Made by a program: the position numbers and the translations under genes. Shown piece by piece: positions 11,534 to 25,165 of a stretch of 64,000 bases of DNA; the stretch's first letter is position 1; the number at the start of each line of letters is the position of its first letter. The notes under the pieces were generated by a model. It did not search any database. It had not been told where the DNA came from and saw nothing but the letters and a program-made list of their open reading frames with translations. The stretch is from Macrostomum lignano (taxonomy: Eukaryota): assembly GCA_002269645.1 (NCBI GenBank), contig NIVC01000376.1, positions 620,001 through 684,000 on the forward strand. The letters are read 5' to 3'.

Positions 11534-13276
11534 ATGTCAAATATAAAGTACATTCCTTTCCTTGAGACAATCTGGCCCGCCATCAACGCTCTGACGGGAC
11601 GAAAGCGGCGCAATCCGCTGAACCTGGCTGGTGACACGCCGGACGAGCGTAGGAACGAGCTGCGCGAGTTCTTCGCCGCCATCGTCAACGCGCCGCCACC
11701 CCCGCTGCCAGACAGTCTGACGCTGCCGCCGGAGACGCCGCTGCCGGCAGAGGAGAGTTTCAGCGTAGCCCCAGTCAACGCAGCCGACGTTGTCAAGCTC
11801 GCCCAGCAGTCACCGGGCGGGAAAGCGCTGGGTCCGGACGAGGTGCCCATCGAGGCGCTGCGCATCCCCTGTGTGGCCGCTGAGGTCGCCAGAGTGATGA
11901 ACCGCGTGCTCTTCGGTGAGGCGGCGCCCAACGAATGGACCACGGCGCACATCGTCGCTGTTCCAAAGAAGCCGGGCACCACTAGGCTTGAAGACCATCG
12001 AGGCATCTGCCTTCAGTCCTGTGCAGCGAAGCTGTTCAACCGGATGCTGCTTTCGCGGTTGCAGCCCGTGCTGGATCCGTACCTGCGCCCAGAGCAGAAC
12101 GGGTTCCGGCCCCATCGCGGCACAGTGGCGCAGATCCTGGCTCTTCGCCGAGTCATCGAGGAGGCGCGGATTCGCCAGTCGATCCTGATTCTAATCTTTA
12201 TTGATTTCAAGAAGGCATTCGACTCGGTTGTCAGAGCCGTGCTTCCAATGGTGCTCCGCGCGTACAACGTGCCTGAGCAGCTGATCTCCGCCGTCATGGC
12301 GATGTACCGTGATACGACAGCTGCTGTGACAACACCGGACGGCCTATCGGACTCCTTTGAGACATCCTCCGGAGTGCTTCAGGGAGATACGCTGGCGCCG
12401 TTTCTGTTCGTCCTGGTGCTTGACTGGGTGCTGCGGACTGCTCTTCCTACCGACGACGACGGTTTTCTGCTGCAGCGACGCGTGGGTCGACGTCAACCGG
12501 AGAAGCGGCTCAGCGTGCTTGGCTACGCCGACGACCTCGCCCTGCTGTCCTCGACCGTCGAGGGCGCCCAACGGCAGCTGGACAGGCTGGTTGCCGTTGC
12601 GGCGAGTGTCGGCCTGGTGGTCAACACGCAGAAGACCGTTGTGCTCTGCGTGCCGGACGACATCGAGGCTGCAATATTTTGCCGAGGCGCTGACGGGCAG
12701 GCGACCGAACTCCCGCGATGTCAGCAGTTCGTCTACCTCGGCGGTCTGGTTCCAGACGCTCGCGAGGACCTGCGACGCCGCCGCGGGCTTGCCTGGGCTG
12801 CCTTTCGTTCTGTGAGGGCAGTCCTGCAGTCCGAGGCCCTACCGGACCGCCAGAGGGCGGCGCTGTTCCAGGCGGTAATCGAGACCGTCCTGCTGTACAA
12901 CGCCGAGACCTGGACGCTGACGGACTCACTCGAACAGCAAGTCGATGCGGCGCACGCTGGTCTGCTGCGCGCCGCCTTCAACATCGGCGTCGAGCGAGTC
13001 ACCAACGCGGCACTCTATCGCCGCGCTGGCCTGCCACGTCCAAGTGATCTACTGCGCCGTCGGCGACTCCAGCTCGCAGGCCATCTCATCCGCGCCGAGT
13101 CGTACTGCCCACAGCCGGTGCAGGAGGTGCTGCTGCTCACGCTGCAGGCACCCTACCGGCGAGGTCAAGCGCGAACTCGGCGTTATGTCGACTGTCTGCT
13201 GGCTGACGCCGGCGCCCCGGACACTGCCGGTGGCGCGGCCTTTGTTCGCGCCCAAGCCATGAAGCGCGCCCTGTGA
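11534..13276 (+). CDS. Reverse-transcriptase ORF (580 aa); first ~12 codons come from flanking host DNA
   Basis: ATG at 11534 lies upstream of the 5' TSD and is in frame with the RT. No stops or frameshifts. Confidence 0.6.
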   Translation: MSNIKYIPFLETIWPAINALTGRKRRNPLNLAGDTPDERRNELREFFAAIVNAPPPPLPDSLTLPPETPLPAEESFSVAPVNAADVVKLAQQSPGGKALGPDEVPIEALRIPCVAAEVARVMNRVLFGEAAPNEWTTAHIVAVPKKPGTTRLEDHRGICLQSCAAKLFNRMLLSRLQPVLDPYLRPEQNGFRPHRGTVAQILALRRVIEEARIRQSILILIFIDFKKAFDSVVRAVLPMVLRAYNVPEQLISAVMAMYRDTTAAVTTPDGLSDSFETSSGVLQGDTLAPFLFVLVLDWVLRTALPTDDDGFLLQRRVGRRQPEKRLSVLGYADDLALLSSTVEGAQRQLDRLVAVAASVGLVVNTQKTVVLCVPDDIEAAIFCRGADGQATELPRCQQFVYLGGLVPDAREDLRRRRGLAWAAFRSVRAVLQSEALPDRQRAALFQAVIETVLLYNAETWTLTDSLEQQVDAAHAGLLRAAFNIGVERVTNAALYRRAGLPRPSDLLRRRRLQLAGHLIRAESYCPQPVQEVLLLTLQAPYRRGQARTRRYVDCLLADAGAPDTAGGAAFVRAQAMKRAL

Positions 13277-13323
13277 CGCTGACTTTTACCATCATGACAG
13301 CGTATTTTGTTGTGTTGTTGTTG
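11573..13323 (+). mobile_element. 5'-truncated RTE/RTEX-type non-LTR retrotransposon with (TTG)n tail and 11-bp TSD
   Basis: TSD TTGAGACAATC at 11562-11572 and 13324-13334. Uninterrupted RT ORF (QNGFR, FIDFKKAFDSV, GVLQGDTLAPFLF, YADD, FVYLG). Short 3'UTR with stem ACGCTG/CAGCGT, then TTG repeats. Endonuclease domain absent (truncated). Confidence 0.93.
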
Positions 13324-13486
13324 TTGAGACAATCCTCAAGAAAATTTCTAATTACAAGTGAGATCTTCTTTGCTTTTTGTGTGGACCAACGCAATTTTAT
13401 AAAAAAATCATTAATAAAGTCATTAATGAAAATTTTAAAAATAAATTAGTCTATAAATTTGTTTGAATTAGAAAGTCTTGTAGATT

Positions 13487-14665
13487 TCGTAGATGTAGAT
13501 GTGGTCAGTCATGTGTCAGTAGATGTGGTTAGTCTTGTGTCAGTAGATGTGGTCAGTCATGTGTCAGTAGATGTGGTTAGTCTTGTGTCAGTAGATGTGG
13601 TCAGTCTTGTGTCAGTAGATGTGGTCAGTCTTGTGTCAGTAGATGTGGTTAGTCTTGTGTCAGTAGATGTGGTCAGTCTTGTGTCAGTAGATGTGGTCAG
13701 TCTTGTGTCAGTAGATGTGGTCAGTCTTGTGTCAGTAGATGTGGTCGGTCTTGTGTCAGTAGATGTGGTCAGTCTTGTGTCAGTAGATGTGGTCAGTCTT
13801 GTGTCAGTAGATGTCGTGAGTCTTGGGTCAGTAGATGTGGTCAGTCGTGTGTCAGTAGATGTGGTCAGTCGTGTGTCAGTAGATGTGGTCAGTCTTGTGT
13901 CAGTAGATGTCGTGAGTCTTGGGTCAGTAGATGTGGTCAGTCGTGTGTCAGTAGATGTGGTCAGTCTTGTGTCAGTAGATGTGGTCAGTCTTGGGTCAGT
14001 AGATGTGGTTAGTCGTGTGTCAGTAGATGTGGTCAGTCTTGTGTCAGTAGATGTCGTCAGTCTTGTGTCAGTAGATGTGGTCAGTCTTGTGTCAGTAGAT
14101 GTGGTCAGTCTTGTGTCAGTAGATGTGGTCAGTCTTGTGTCAGTAGATGTGGTCAGTCTTGTGTCAGTAGATGTGGTCATTCTTGTGTCAGTAGATGTCG
14201 TCAGTCTTGTGTCAGTAGATGTCGTCAGTCTTGTGTCAGTAGATGTGGTCAGTCTTGTGTCAGTAGATTCCGCAGTCTTGTGTCAGTAGATGTGATCAGT
14301 CTTGTGTCAGTAGATGTGGTCAGTCTTGTGTCAGTAGATGTGGTCAGTCTTGTGTCAGTAGATGTGGCCAGTCTTGTGTCAGTCGATGTCGTCAGTCTTG
14401 TGTCAGTAGATTCCGCAGTCTTGTGTCAGTAGATTCCGCAGTCTTGTGTCAGTAGATGTGGCCAGTCTTGTGTCAGTAGATGTGGCCAGTCTTGTGTCAG
14501 TAGATGTGGCCAGTCTTGTGTCAGTAGATGTGGTCAGTCTTGTGCCAGTAGATGTGGTCAGTCTTGTGTCAGTAGATGTGGCCAGTCTTGTGTCAGTAAA
14601 TTTAGTCAGTCTTGTGTCAGTAAATGTCGTCAGTATTGTGTCATTAGATGTGGTGAGTCTTGTAT
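13487..14665. repeat. 24-bp minisatellite (GTCAGTAGATGTGGTCAGTCTTGT) x ~49
   Basis: Clear period; some 23-bp variants distally. Confidence 0.97.
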
Positions 14666-15419
14666 CAAGCTACGATCCCAAGTAGAAGGAGAGAAGACTC
14701 TGAGCCCAGAGTCATCAAACAGAGGTTAGAGGGGGCACCCACAGCTCCAATGGAATAATACATCGAGTAGAAGAACAGTTACTCGTCGTCCAGATTCAAC
14801 ATAGGCTAGTTATTGCGTCATCAAGCCTATACCATTTTAGCTTGTGTTTGAGCCAGCCAAACAGAAAATGACGATGTTTGAACTAAAAAAATGTGGTTCT
14901 TCCCAGAGAGTTTGCTTGTGAATCGCTCTTAATGGCCGGTGCGAGACCTCCGCGTGTTTCGTTGAAGGCAGTCTCGTTTCAATTAATTTCACTCCAGTTT
15001 ATATACGGCAGTCACAATAAAAAATTGAATGCTTTATGGTGCTCTCCTCAAGTTTCTTTTTCAACATGGGTTCGTTCTAAAACATTCTTTCCCGTTACAA
15101 AAAGCTGTAGAGGAATTATTGTATGAGACTGCGGTAGTGCAAAAACTGCTGCTATGACTGACTCACCGCAGCTTTTTAAACCCCCCAAAGACGACATTTT
15201 CAGCCTAAAAACTGGCTAATGAGTTGCAGACCTGTTGCTGCGGCCACTGTGAGAACGTCCGGTTTTGGTGCCAGGGCGCCTCGCCTACAAACTCTGCATG
15301 GGGAGTTTGAAGAGTGTGAAGTCAGGGCATCGGAATAATTTAGTGAATTAATTAGGTTCTCACCCGTGCTGCGCTGAATGTTGACGGAGAGAGCTGACAT
15401 TACGAGCGTATCTCAAATT

Positions 15420-16010
15420 CTTCAGTCACCCATGATTCTTCTGTGACCCACGATCCTTCTGTGACCCACGATTCTTTAGTGACCCACGATCCTTCAGTCA
15501 CTCATGATCCTTCTGTGACCCATGATCCTTCTGTGACCCACGATCCTTCTGTGACCCACGATCCTTCAGTGACCCATGATCCTTCAGTGACCCATGATCC
15601 TTCAGTGACCCATGATCCTTCAGTGACTCACGATCCTTCGCTGTACCACGATCCTTCAGTGACCCACGATCCTTTAGTGACCCACGATCCTTCAGTGACC
15701 CACGATCCTTCTGAGACCCACGATCCTTCAGTCACCCACGATCCTTCAGTGACCCACGATCCTTCTGTGACCCACGATCCTTCAGTCACCCACGATCCTT
15801 CAGTGACCCACGATCCTTCTGTGACCCACGATCCTTCAGTGACACACGATTCTTCAGTGACCCACGATCCTTCGCTGTACCACGATCCTTCTGTGACTCA
15901 CGATCCTTCAGTGACCCACGATCCTTCTGTGACCCACGATCCTTCAGTGACCCACGGTCCTTGTGTGACACATGATCCTTCTGTGACCCACGATTCTTCA
16001 GTGACACATC
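15420..16010. repeat. 18-bp minisatellite (ACCCACGATCCTTCAGTG) x ~32
   Basis: Indel-free 18-bp period; + frame reads (THDPSV)n. Confidence 0.97.
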
Positions 16011-16552
16011 GCGACATTTAGAAACTTTTTTTGTATTTTTACTTTCAAGCCACGAAGCCCAATTCAAATATGACAATAGCATTAGCATCTGTAAGGCTAT
16101 TATTAGGCAATTAGGCAATGACTTCAACAGCTCTACTCGTAGATGACTGTTTCCTATTGGTTGAGGCCATCCAGCCAATGAGGTGCCGCCTACATTCAGA
16201 GAGGCGTTTTTTCATTGTTAAAAGTTATTGTCAAAGCTTTTAAAAGAACACCTACAATTTTCTTTTCCAAAGAAAAGAATTAAGAATAGAAATTAATAAA
16301 CTTCTGAAAAAGTTTTTTATATAAGAATTAGTTGCTATCAAATTGGTTCTGGTAAGTGATTATCGGTTTCTTAAAATTCATTCTTAGAAAAATTCTTATT
16401 CAGAAAAACTAATTGGTGGTCCATAGGTCCAACTTTCTCAAGCTATGGGGGACATGATGCCAATGCTCTGTCCCCCCGCCCCACTTTGTGACCCGTTGTG
16501 GAAATCAATAATTTTGCTTTTAAAGCGTCAAAAATGAGTGCCCTCACCTACG

Positions 16553-17786
16553 GTGCCAAAATGAGTGTCTGCGGCGCCAAAATGAGTGTCTGAGGCGCCA
16601 AAATGAGTGTCTGTGGCACCAAAATGAGTGTCTGTGGCGCCAAAATGAGTGCCTACGGCGCCAAAATGAGTGCCTGCAGCGCCAAAATGAGTGTCTGCGG
16701 CGCCAAAATGAGTGCCTGCGGCGCCAAAATGAGTGCATGCGGCGCCAAAATGAGTGCCCGTGGCGCCAAAATGAGTGCCTGCGGCGCCAAAATGAGTGCC
16801 CGTGGCGCCAAAATGAGTGTCTGCGGCGCCAAAATGAGTGTCTGTGGCGCCAAAATGAGTGCCCGTGGCGCCAAAATGAGTGCCTTTGGCACCAAATTGA
16901 GTATCTGTGGCACCAAAATGAGTGTCTGTGGGGCCAAAATGAGTGTCTGTGGCACCAAATTGAGTGTCTGTGGCACCAAAATGAGTGTCTGTGGGGCCAA
17001 AATGAGTGTCTGTGGCACCAAATTGAGTGTCTGTGGCACCAAAATGAGTGTCTGTGGGGCCAAAATGAGTGCCTGCGGCGCCAAAATGAGTGCCTGTGGC
17101 ACCAAAATGAGTGTCTGTGGCGCCAAAATGAGTGTCTGCGGCGCCAAAATGAGTGCCTGCGGCGCCAAAATGAGTGCCCGTGGCGCCAAAATGAGTGCCT
17201 TTGGCACCAAATTGAGTGTCTGTGGCACCAAAATGAGTGCCTTTGGCACCAAATTGAGTGTCTGTGGCACCAAAATGAGTGCCTTTGGCACCAAATTGAG
17301 TGTCTGTGGCACCAAAATGAGTGTCTGTGGTGCCAAAATGAGTGCCTGCGGCGCCAAAATGAGTGCCTTTGGCACCAAAATGAGTGTCTGTGGCGCCAAA
17401 ATGAGTGTCTGTGGCGCCAAAATGAGTGCCTGCGGCGCCAAAATGAGTGCCTGCGGCGCCAAAATGAGTGCCCGTGGCGCCAAAATGAGTGCCTTTGGCA
17501 CCAAATTGAGTGTCTGTGGCACCAAAATGAGTGCCTTTGGCACCAAATTGAGTGTCTGTGGCACCAAAATGAGTGCCTTTGGCACCAAATTGAGTGTCTG
17601 TGGCACCAAAATGAGTGTCTGTGGTGCCAAAATGAGTGCCTGCGGCGCCAAAATGAGTGCCTTTGGCACCAAAATGAGTGTCTGTGGCGCCAAAATGAGT
17701 GCTTGTGGCGCCAAAATGAATGTCTGTGGCGCCAAAATGAGTGCTTGTGGCGCCAAAATGAATGTCTGTGGCGCCAAAATGAGTGC
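16553..17786. repeat. 21-bp minisatellite (GGCGCCAAAATGAGTGTCTGT) x ~58
   Basis: Clear period; contains a duplicated 14-monomer (294-bp) block. Confidence 0.97.
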
Positions 17787-18492
17787 TAACGACATCGATT
17801 CCCATAACAATGTAGGAATTTAGTCATGTAGAATTCTTGGCTTTGTCCCATCCACCCCTCAACATAAAATACATGGCGGCGCCCCAGTTCTCAAGGTCTC
17901 GTTTGGCGCCTCTGAAGTCCAATGCTTTGCTTTGAAACTAAAAACTGGCCTCACCAAAGTACAACTTGTTATCCCAGACGACAAGACGTAACAAGCGTTC
18001 ACTGCTTGCTGGTTCCAACAACATTTCCAGCAGCTCTCGTTAATGCCTGCCCGATCAAGTTGTCGCCCCACTGTAAACCCCAAACCTTGTAGTCGTCATA
18101 AACGACTTTTGGTTTTTTATATAAATTCTACCTCGGGAGGAAGCGCAATCCAGTAGCAGATCCAGTGGTAAACTCTGTTTTTCAACTCTCCACATGCCTC
18201 GCGGGTCACCAATTTTTTTTTTACTTTTATATGCCGGTCCGGTATCGTAAAATTTTTAATTTCCATCAGTTTAGGCGAAGTGCTATAGCGTTAGCAGCAC
18301 TAACTAGCTGAGGACACTGGGGACATTGTAAACAGTAGCCTTCAGTTGCCACCCAGGCTTTGAAAGGCGTGAATCGCAGCAATTGATGTGCTAATTGCAG
18401 CTGTCTGCACACACTGACTATGAATTCAATAGTTGAAGTTTCAGATCCCTAATGAATTCAGGTGTAAGACATTGTGCTGACTGATAGTATTT

Positions 18493-18598
18493 GGGGCGCC
18501 AGCACCAAGGGGCGCCAGCACCAAGGGGCGCCAGCACCAAGGGGCGCCAGCACCAAGGGGCGCCAGCACCAAGGGGCGCCAGCACCAAGGGGCGCCAG
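18493..18598. repeat. 16-bp tandem repeat (GGGGCGCCAGCACCAA) x ~6.5
   Basis: Perfect copies. Confidence 0.95.
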
Positions 18599-19039
18599 AT
18601 GAGACGTCGGACTGACTGACAAAGCTCTGGAGTTTAGATATGAGTTGAGTTTATCAGGTATAAGAATGTATCTGTTGCACAATGAGGGTTTTATCAGTGA
18701 GTCAGGGAAGCCATTGATCCACACTAGTAGCAGGCCTCACGCAGTCAGCTCAGATAAGATAAATCCTACAGATTTATATAAATCCTAGAAAAATTATAAC
18801 GATTCGTTAAGAAGATCCGCGCGCCCAGATTAACAATGGGATTTAAATTTTAATCCCCCAGAGGATCACCACAATCAGCACTGCATTGTTCGCAAACTAC
18901 GTCGTATAAGTTCGTGCTCAATTTGGGGAGATCGCTGTGGGAATATCGGCTGCTTCTTAGAGCAGTTTTCCGAGAAACAGAATTAGTTTCGAAGAAAATT
19001 TTTCAGTGCATCGGCTCGTTCAAATCCTTCATTGTGTTT

Positions 19040-20250
19040 CAGAAATACCCCCTCAGATGCTTTAGTGTGTCAAAAATACCCCCTCAGATTTATGAGTGTC
19101 TCAGAAATACCCTCACATTTCTTAGTGTGTCTCAGAAATACCCCCCAGATGCTTCAGTGTCTCAAAAATACCCCTCAGATTTATGAGTGTCTCAGAAATA
19201 CCCCTCTCAGATACTTCAGTGGGTCTCAGAAATACCCCTCTCAGAGTTTCTCAGTGTGTCTCAAAATACCCCATCAGCTGCTTCAGTGTGTCTCAGAAAT
19301 ACCCCTCTCAGAGTTTCTCAGTGTGTCTCAAAATACCTCATCAGCTGCTTCAGTGTGTCTCAGAAATACCTCCCCAGATGCTTTAGTGAGTCTCAGAAAT
19401 ACCCCTCAGAGTTTCTCAGTGTGTCTCAAAATACCCCATCAGCTGCTTCAGTGTGTCTCAGAAATACCCCTCTCAGAGTTTCTCAGTGTGTCTCAAAATA
19501 CCCCATCAGCTGCTTCAGTGTGTCTCAGAAATACCCCTCTCAGAGTTTCTCAGTGTGTCTCAAAATACCCCATCAGCTGCTTCAGTGTGTCTCAGAAATA
19601 CCTCCCCAGATGCTTTAGTGAGTCTCAGAAATACCCCTCAGAGTTTCTCAGTGTGTCTCAAAATACCCCATCAGCTGCTTCAGTGTGTCTCAGAAATACC
19701 TCCCCAGATGCTTTAGTGAGTCTCAGAAATACCCCTCAGAGTTTCTCAGTGTGTCTCAAAATACCCCATCAGCTGCTTCAGTGTGTCTCAGAAATACCTC
19801 CCCAGATGCTTTAGTGAGTCTCAGAAATACCCCTCAGAGTTTCTCAGTGTGTCTCAAAATACCCCATCAGCTGCTTCAGTGTGTCTCAGACATACCTCCT
19901 CAGATGCTTCAGTGGGTCTCAGAAATACCCCCTCAGATTTTTCAGTGTGTCTCAGAAATACCCCCTCAGATGCTTCAGTGTGTTTCAGAAATACCCCTTC
20001 AGATGTTTCAGTGTCTCAAAAATACCCCCTCAGATTTATTAGTGGTTCTCAGTAATACCCCCTCAGATGTATAGTGTCTCAGTAATACCCCCTCAGATGT
20101 ATAGTGTCTCAGTAATACCCCCTCAGATGTATAGTGTCTCAGTAATACCCCCTCAGATGTATAGTGTCTCAGTAATACCCCTTCAGATGTATAGTGTCTC
20201 AGAAATACCCCCTCAGATACTTCAGTGTGTCGCAGAAATTCCCCCTCAGA
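19040..20250. repeat. 32-33-bp minisatellite (CAGAAATACCCCTCAGA...CAGTGTGTCT) with 98-bp trimeric higher-order unit
   Basis: CAGAAATACCTCCCCAG recurs at 19593, 19691 and 19789 (98-bp spacing). Confidence 0.93.
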
Positions 20251-21069
20251 TTTGATCATGAAATTAGATTTGAATCTTAACAATCCCTCAAATATGTAAA
20301 ATGCGAATTAAGCAAGGCAGTAACAGAGACTAATCCAGCATGATACGGCTTGCCAGCCAAGTGGAGGTGGGCAAGCATGGCTCCTCAATATTTTTCATTT
20401 AGTCGCACGCATGCAGTCTTGATTTTAGCTTCATAGCTGTATAACTTTCCGTGTGCTACGGCGGCTTATCAATCAAATCAGAGAGATCGAACCCCCCCCC
20501 CCTACAGACAGGGTCGGGGTCTTTATCCACACATGCCCCCGTCAGCCACCAGCTGCACCAGCTATAAGTGGGCTCTGAAACCTGACCCCTGCCTTTCCCC
20601 GAGCCCAGTAAACAGTCGGACCCCACCCACCCACGCGCAGCTAGGCAGCTCGAACCCCCGTAGCTTCCATTTAATCATCTTTCCTTTTAATACTTGTTGG
20701 CCAGGCCGTTCAATATTTGTCTTAATAGCTCGACCCACCTGCCCAGCCACCCCCCCGCCGACCCCGCGAGATCCTTGAAGTCGTTGAATTTTTTTTCTAT
20801 CGGTTCTATAAAACTGTCTTTACAACCTTGGGCCAAAGTGAGTCAGTCGATTAACTGGCACCCGCAGCTGGCGAGAAGCTGGCGTGACCGTTCGCCATCG
20901 TATTTACGATGTCAGTCTTTGTTCAAATGGGTGAGGTTGGCAGTCAGAAATGGTCATAGCCAGGTATCCCGAACAATGATAGACAGAAATTAGAATAAGT
21001 CATAGCTGAGACATAGAGTCAGTCATGACCAACATTTAGAATTGGTCATAGCTGGCAATTGGTCATAGC

Positions 21070-21340
21070 AGGGAGTCGGAGTCGGTCATAACTGGGAATC
21101 AGAATCGGTCATAACTGGGAATCAGAATCGGTCATAACTGGGAATCAGAATCGGTCATAACTGGGAATCAGAATCGGTCATAACTGGGAATCAGAATCGG
21201 TCATAACTGGGAATCGGAGTCGGTCATAACTGGGAATCGGAGTCGGTCATAACTGGGAATCAGAATCGGTCATAACTGGGAATCGGAGTCGGTCATAACT
21301 GGGAATCAGAATCTGTCATAACTGGGAATCAGAATCTGTG
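21070..21340. repeat. 23-bp minisatellite (TCGGTCATAACTGGGAATCAGAA) x ~11
   Basis: Clear period. Confidence 0.95.
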
Positions 21341-21858
21341 ATATATTATACTTGTAGCTAGAAATCGATCATAGCAAGGAATTAGAATGCTCATCTGTAT
21401 CCCAGACACTTACTCCGTCTAGCAGACAGCAGAGCACAATGAAAGCAGCAAAGAGCATACATACGCGGTTGTACTAAGGCTGTAACTGCACCGCACAGCA
21501 CCAGCTCCAGACCCGTGCACTCAAAACATTCGGGTAGCCAAAAACCGATAAAAATCTCTTCGCAGTCGAGTAGCTTAAAAAGATTGCGAGAGAGAGAGAG
21601 AGCAGGCGGCAGAATTTACAGCCATTCGAACTTTTTTGTCTGTTCGATTGAGACAGATTGGCGAGACAAAAAAGCTGCGGTTGAAAGCTGAGTTGCTGAG
21701 AATGAGAAGCAGGGGCTGGCGACTCAAGCAGTGCAGCTGGCGATCTTGATAAGAGGGGCTTTGAGACACGCGGCGACAGCTATAAACACTGAGTCGGCGA
21801 GCTCTGACGGCTGAGCAGGGTGGGCGGACTGACTCAAATATGCGGCGTGCACTAATAC

Positions 21859-22403
<545 letters not shown>

Positions 22404-23271
22404 TCAAAACACCCTAAGGCACAGCGGAAATAGACTTAAAGAGTTGAAATTCGCTAGAAAGCTTAGTAACCACTAGTTACCATAGCAATCAGGCATACAA
22501 CGGATACAGGTGGGCAAACGCATTCGCTGTGGAAGTGGGCGTTCACTTGGCAAAGAGAAGGACTCAACCAATATTGACCTCCTTGCCCCCTTCAGTCTCG
22601 CTGCCTTTTGCAGCTTGCTTTGAATCACTTTTCCTGAAACAGTCCCAGGAAAGAACTTCGTCTTTAGCTCTGACTCTGACTAGCAAAACTTGTACTTGAG
22701 TCACTCTGTGCCGTTGGAGTGGTCTAAAAAGGAAACACAGTTGCTTTGACAATCTGTGCCAAGTTTGCGCACTTTGCCTATTTCCTCTTCGGAGAGTTTG
22801 CTCACGAAAAAAAATGTATGTTGTGTGCCGAAGGGGCCAGAAATACTTGAAGAGTTTCAGCGCTCTGTCTTCTTCTTCTTAGCTGGCAAAGGAATAAATT
22901 GTAGAGTTTGGCTTGGTGCCCCCCCAGCTTAGTCAGGCTGATATGTCAAGTTCGTTTATTATCGTTTATCTGAGACAAGTATTAGCCAATATTTGCTCTG
23001 GAGTTATCCTACGCTTTGAGCACACAGCCGACGGCCTAAGAGAGAGAGAGAGATATCTTCTGCTTTTGCGCCTGCAAGAATTTTCTATTCTTATATAACG
23101 TAGGCGTATTTTGGAGACTAAGACTAGGAACTCGCTTCTTGCTCAAACTCTCCTGGCTTCGAGTTGCTAAGGCTGGTTCGTGGAGTTCTTAGATATTCAG
23201 TCTGGATTGGACTGCCGCCTTTAACTCATATGCAGTGTCAATTTCTGCCCACACAAGACGTTCCGTAAGTA

Positions 23272-23570
<299 letters not shown>

Positions 23571-24249
23571 ATTTAGGTCTGTATTTCTCACCTATTTAAT
23601 TTATGCTATTTTTGACCCTCCTAGGGACTCAGCAATTTCCTATCCATATTCTAGCTAGCTAATGCTCCACGGTCAGGACTCCATCAACCCTGCTAGTCTA
23701 GAGCTTAGCCAGGGACTTCTCTAAGTCATGCTATCTTATAACTGATACTGCCCGATCTCTTGTCGCTCCTTATCTCCGTGGTGCAATCTAGACTCGTAGC
23801 GCTGTTTTATTGTCTGGGCAGCTTTAAAAATGAAAATCATTCCGACCGGCACGATATCGCAGTTGAGAATCTCAATCAACGAGTAGTGCGATCTGGGGGG
23901 TTTCAAGTTGAGGGGCGGGGGACCAATATCGTATGTAGGCGTGACTCGCGGCCCACCAGTGCGGATTTCAAGCTCGGAGACTTCCAAGTTAGTCTCGCGG
24001 AGCAGAACAATGAGACTCACTTTCTGATTGATGCCTCGGGAGACCTCTGTGTGTGTTTGTCTGAGTCAGAGCAACGTGCGCGGGTCTGCTGAGTGAGCGT
24101 TTTGCGCAATTCCGAGCTCTTTAAGATTTTTATTGAACTCAATTGCTCTGTTAGAGTGGCTGTTAGGTCACTGTCTAGATTTTAGAATCATTCTGCAAGA
24201 ACTGCATGCTGGATGAATGAGTCAAGATTACCTGTTTGTTGATATGGCT

Positions 24250-25165
24250 ACCCAGCTGTTAGATAAGGATACATGCCTGTTAGACATGGATACCTGGCTG
24301 TTAGACATGGATACCTGGCTGTTAGACATGGATACCTGGCTTTAGACATGAATATCTGGCTGTTAGACATGAATATCTGGCTGTTAGACAAGGGTATTTA
24401 GCTGTTACACATGAATACTTGCCTGTTAGACATGGGTACCTGGCTGTTGGACATGAATACCTGGCTGTTAGGCATGGATACCTGGCTGTAAGACATGGAT
24501 ACCTGGCTGTTAGACATGAATACCTGGCTGTTAGACATGAACACCTGCCTGTTAGACATGAACACCTGCCTGTTAGACATGAATATCTGGCTGTTAGACA
24601 AGGGTATTTAGCTGTTACACATGAATACTTGCCTGTTAGACATGGGTACCTGGCTGTTGGACATGAATACCTGGCTGTTAGGCATGGATACCTGGCTGTA
24701 AGACATGGATACCTGGCTGTTAGACATGAATACCTGGCTGTTAGACATGAACACCTGCCTGTTAGACATGAACACCTGCCTGTTAGACATGAATATCTGG
24801 CTGTTAGACAAGGGTACCTGGCTGTTAGACATGGATACCTGGCTGTTAGACATGGATACCTGACTGTTAGACATGGATACCTGGCTGTTAGGCATGGGTA
24901 CCTGGCTGTTATACATGGGTACCTGGCTGTTAGACATGGATACCTGACTGTTAGACATGGATACCTGGCTGTTAGACATGGGTACCTGGCTGTTAGACAT
25001 GGATACCTGGCTGTTAGGCATGGGTACCTGGCTGTTAGACATGGATACCTGACTGTTAAACATGGATACCTGGCTGTTAGACATGGGTACCTGGCTGTTA
25101 GACATGAATACTTGCCTGTTAGACATGAATACTTGCCTGTAAGACATGGATACCTGCCTGTTAAA
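24250..25165. repeat. 21-bp minisatellite (CTGGCTGTTAGACATGGATAC) x ~43
   Basis: Clear period; a 10-monomer (210-bp) block is duplicated in tandem. Confidence 0.96.

Noticed and set aside
13557-14180. (TTSTDTRL)n mucin-like ORF on the minus strand
   Set aside because: The frame is broken by 23-bp unit variants and by a TGA-creating variant; no start or splice support.
16528-17823. 350-425 aa ORFs in several frames of the 21-bp array (likewise the 24.4, 28.4 and 35 kb arrays)
   Set aside because: Open in many frames because the unit lacks stops; variation is not biased to silent sites.
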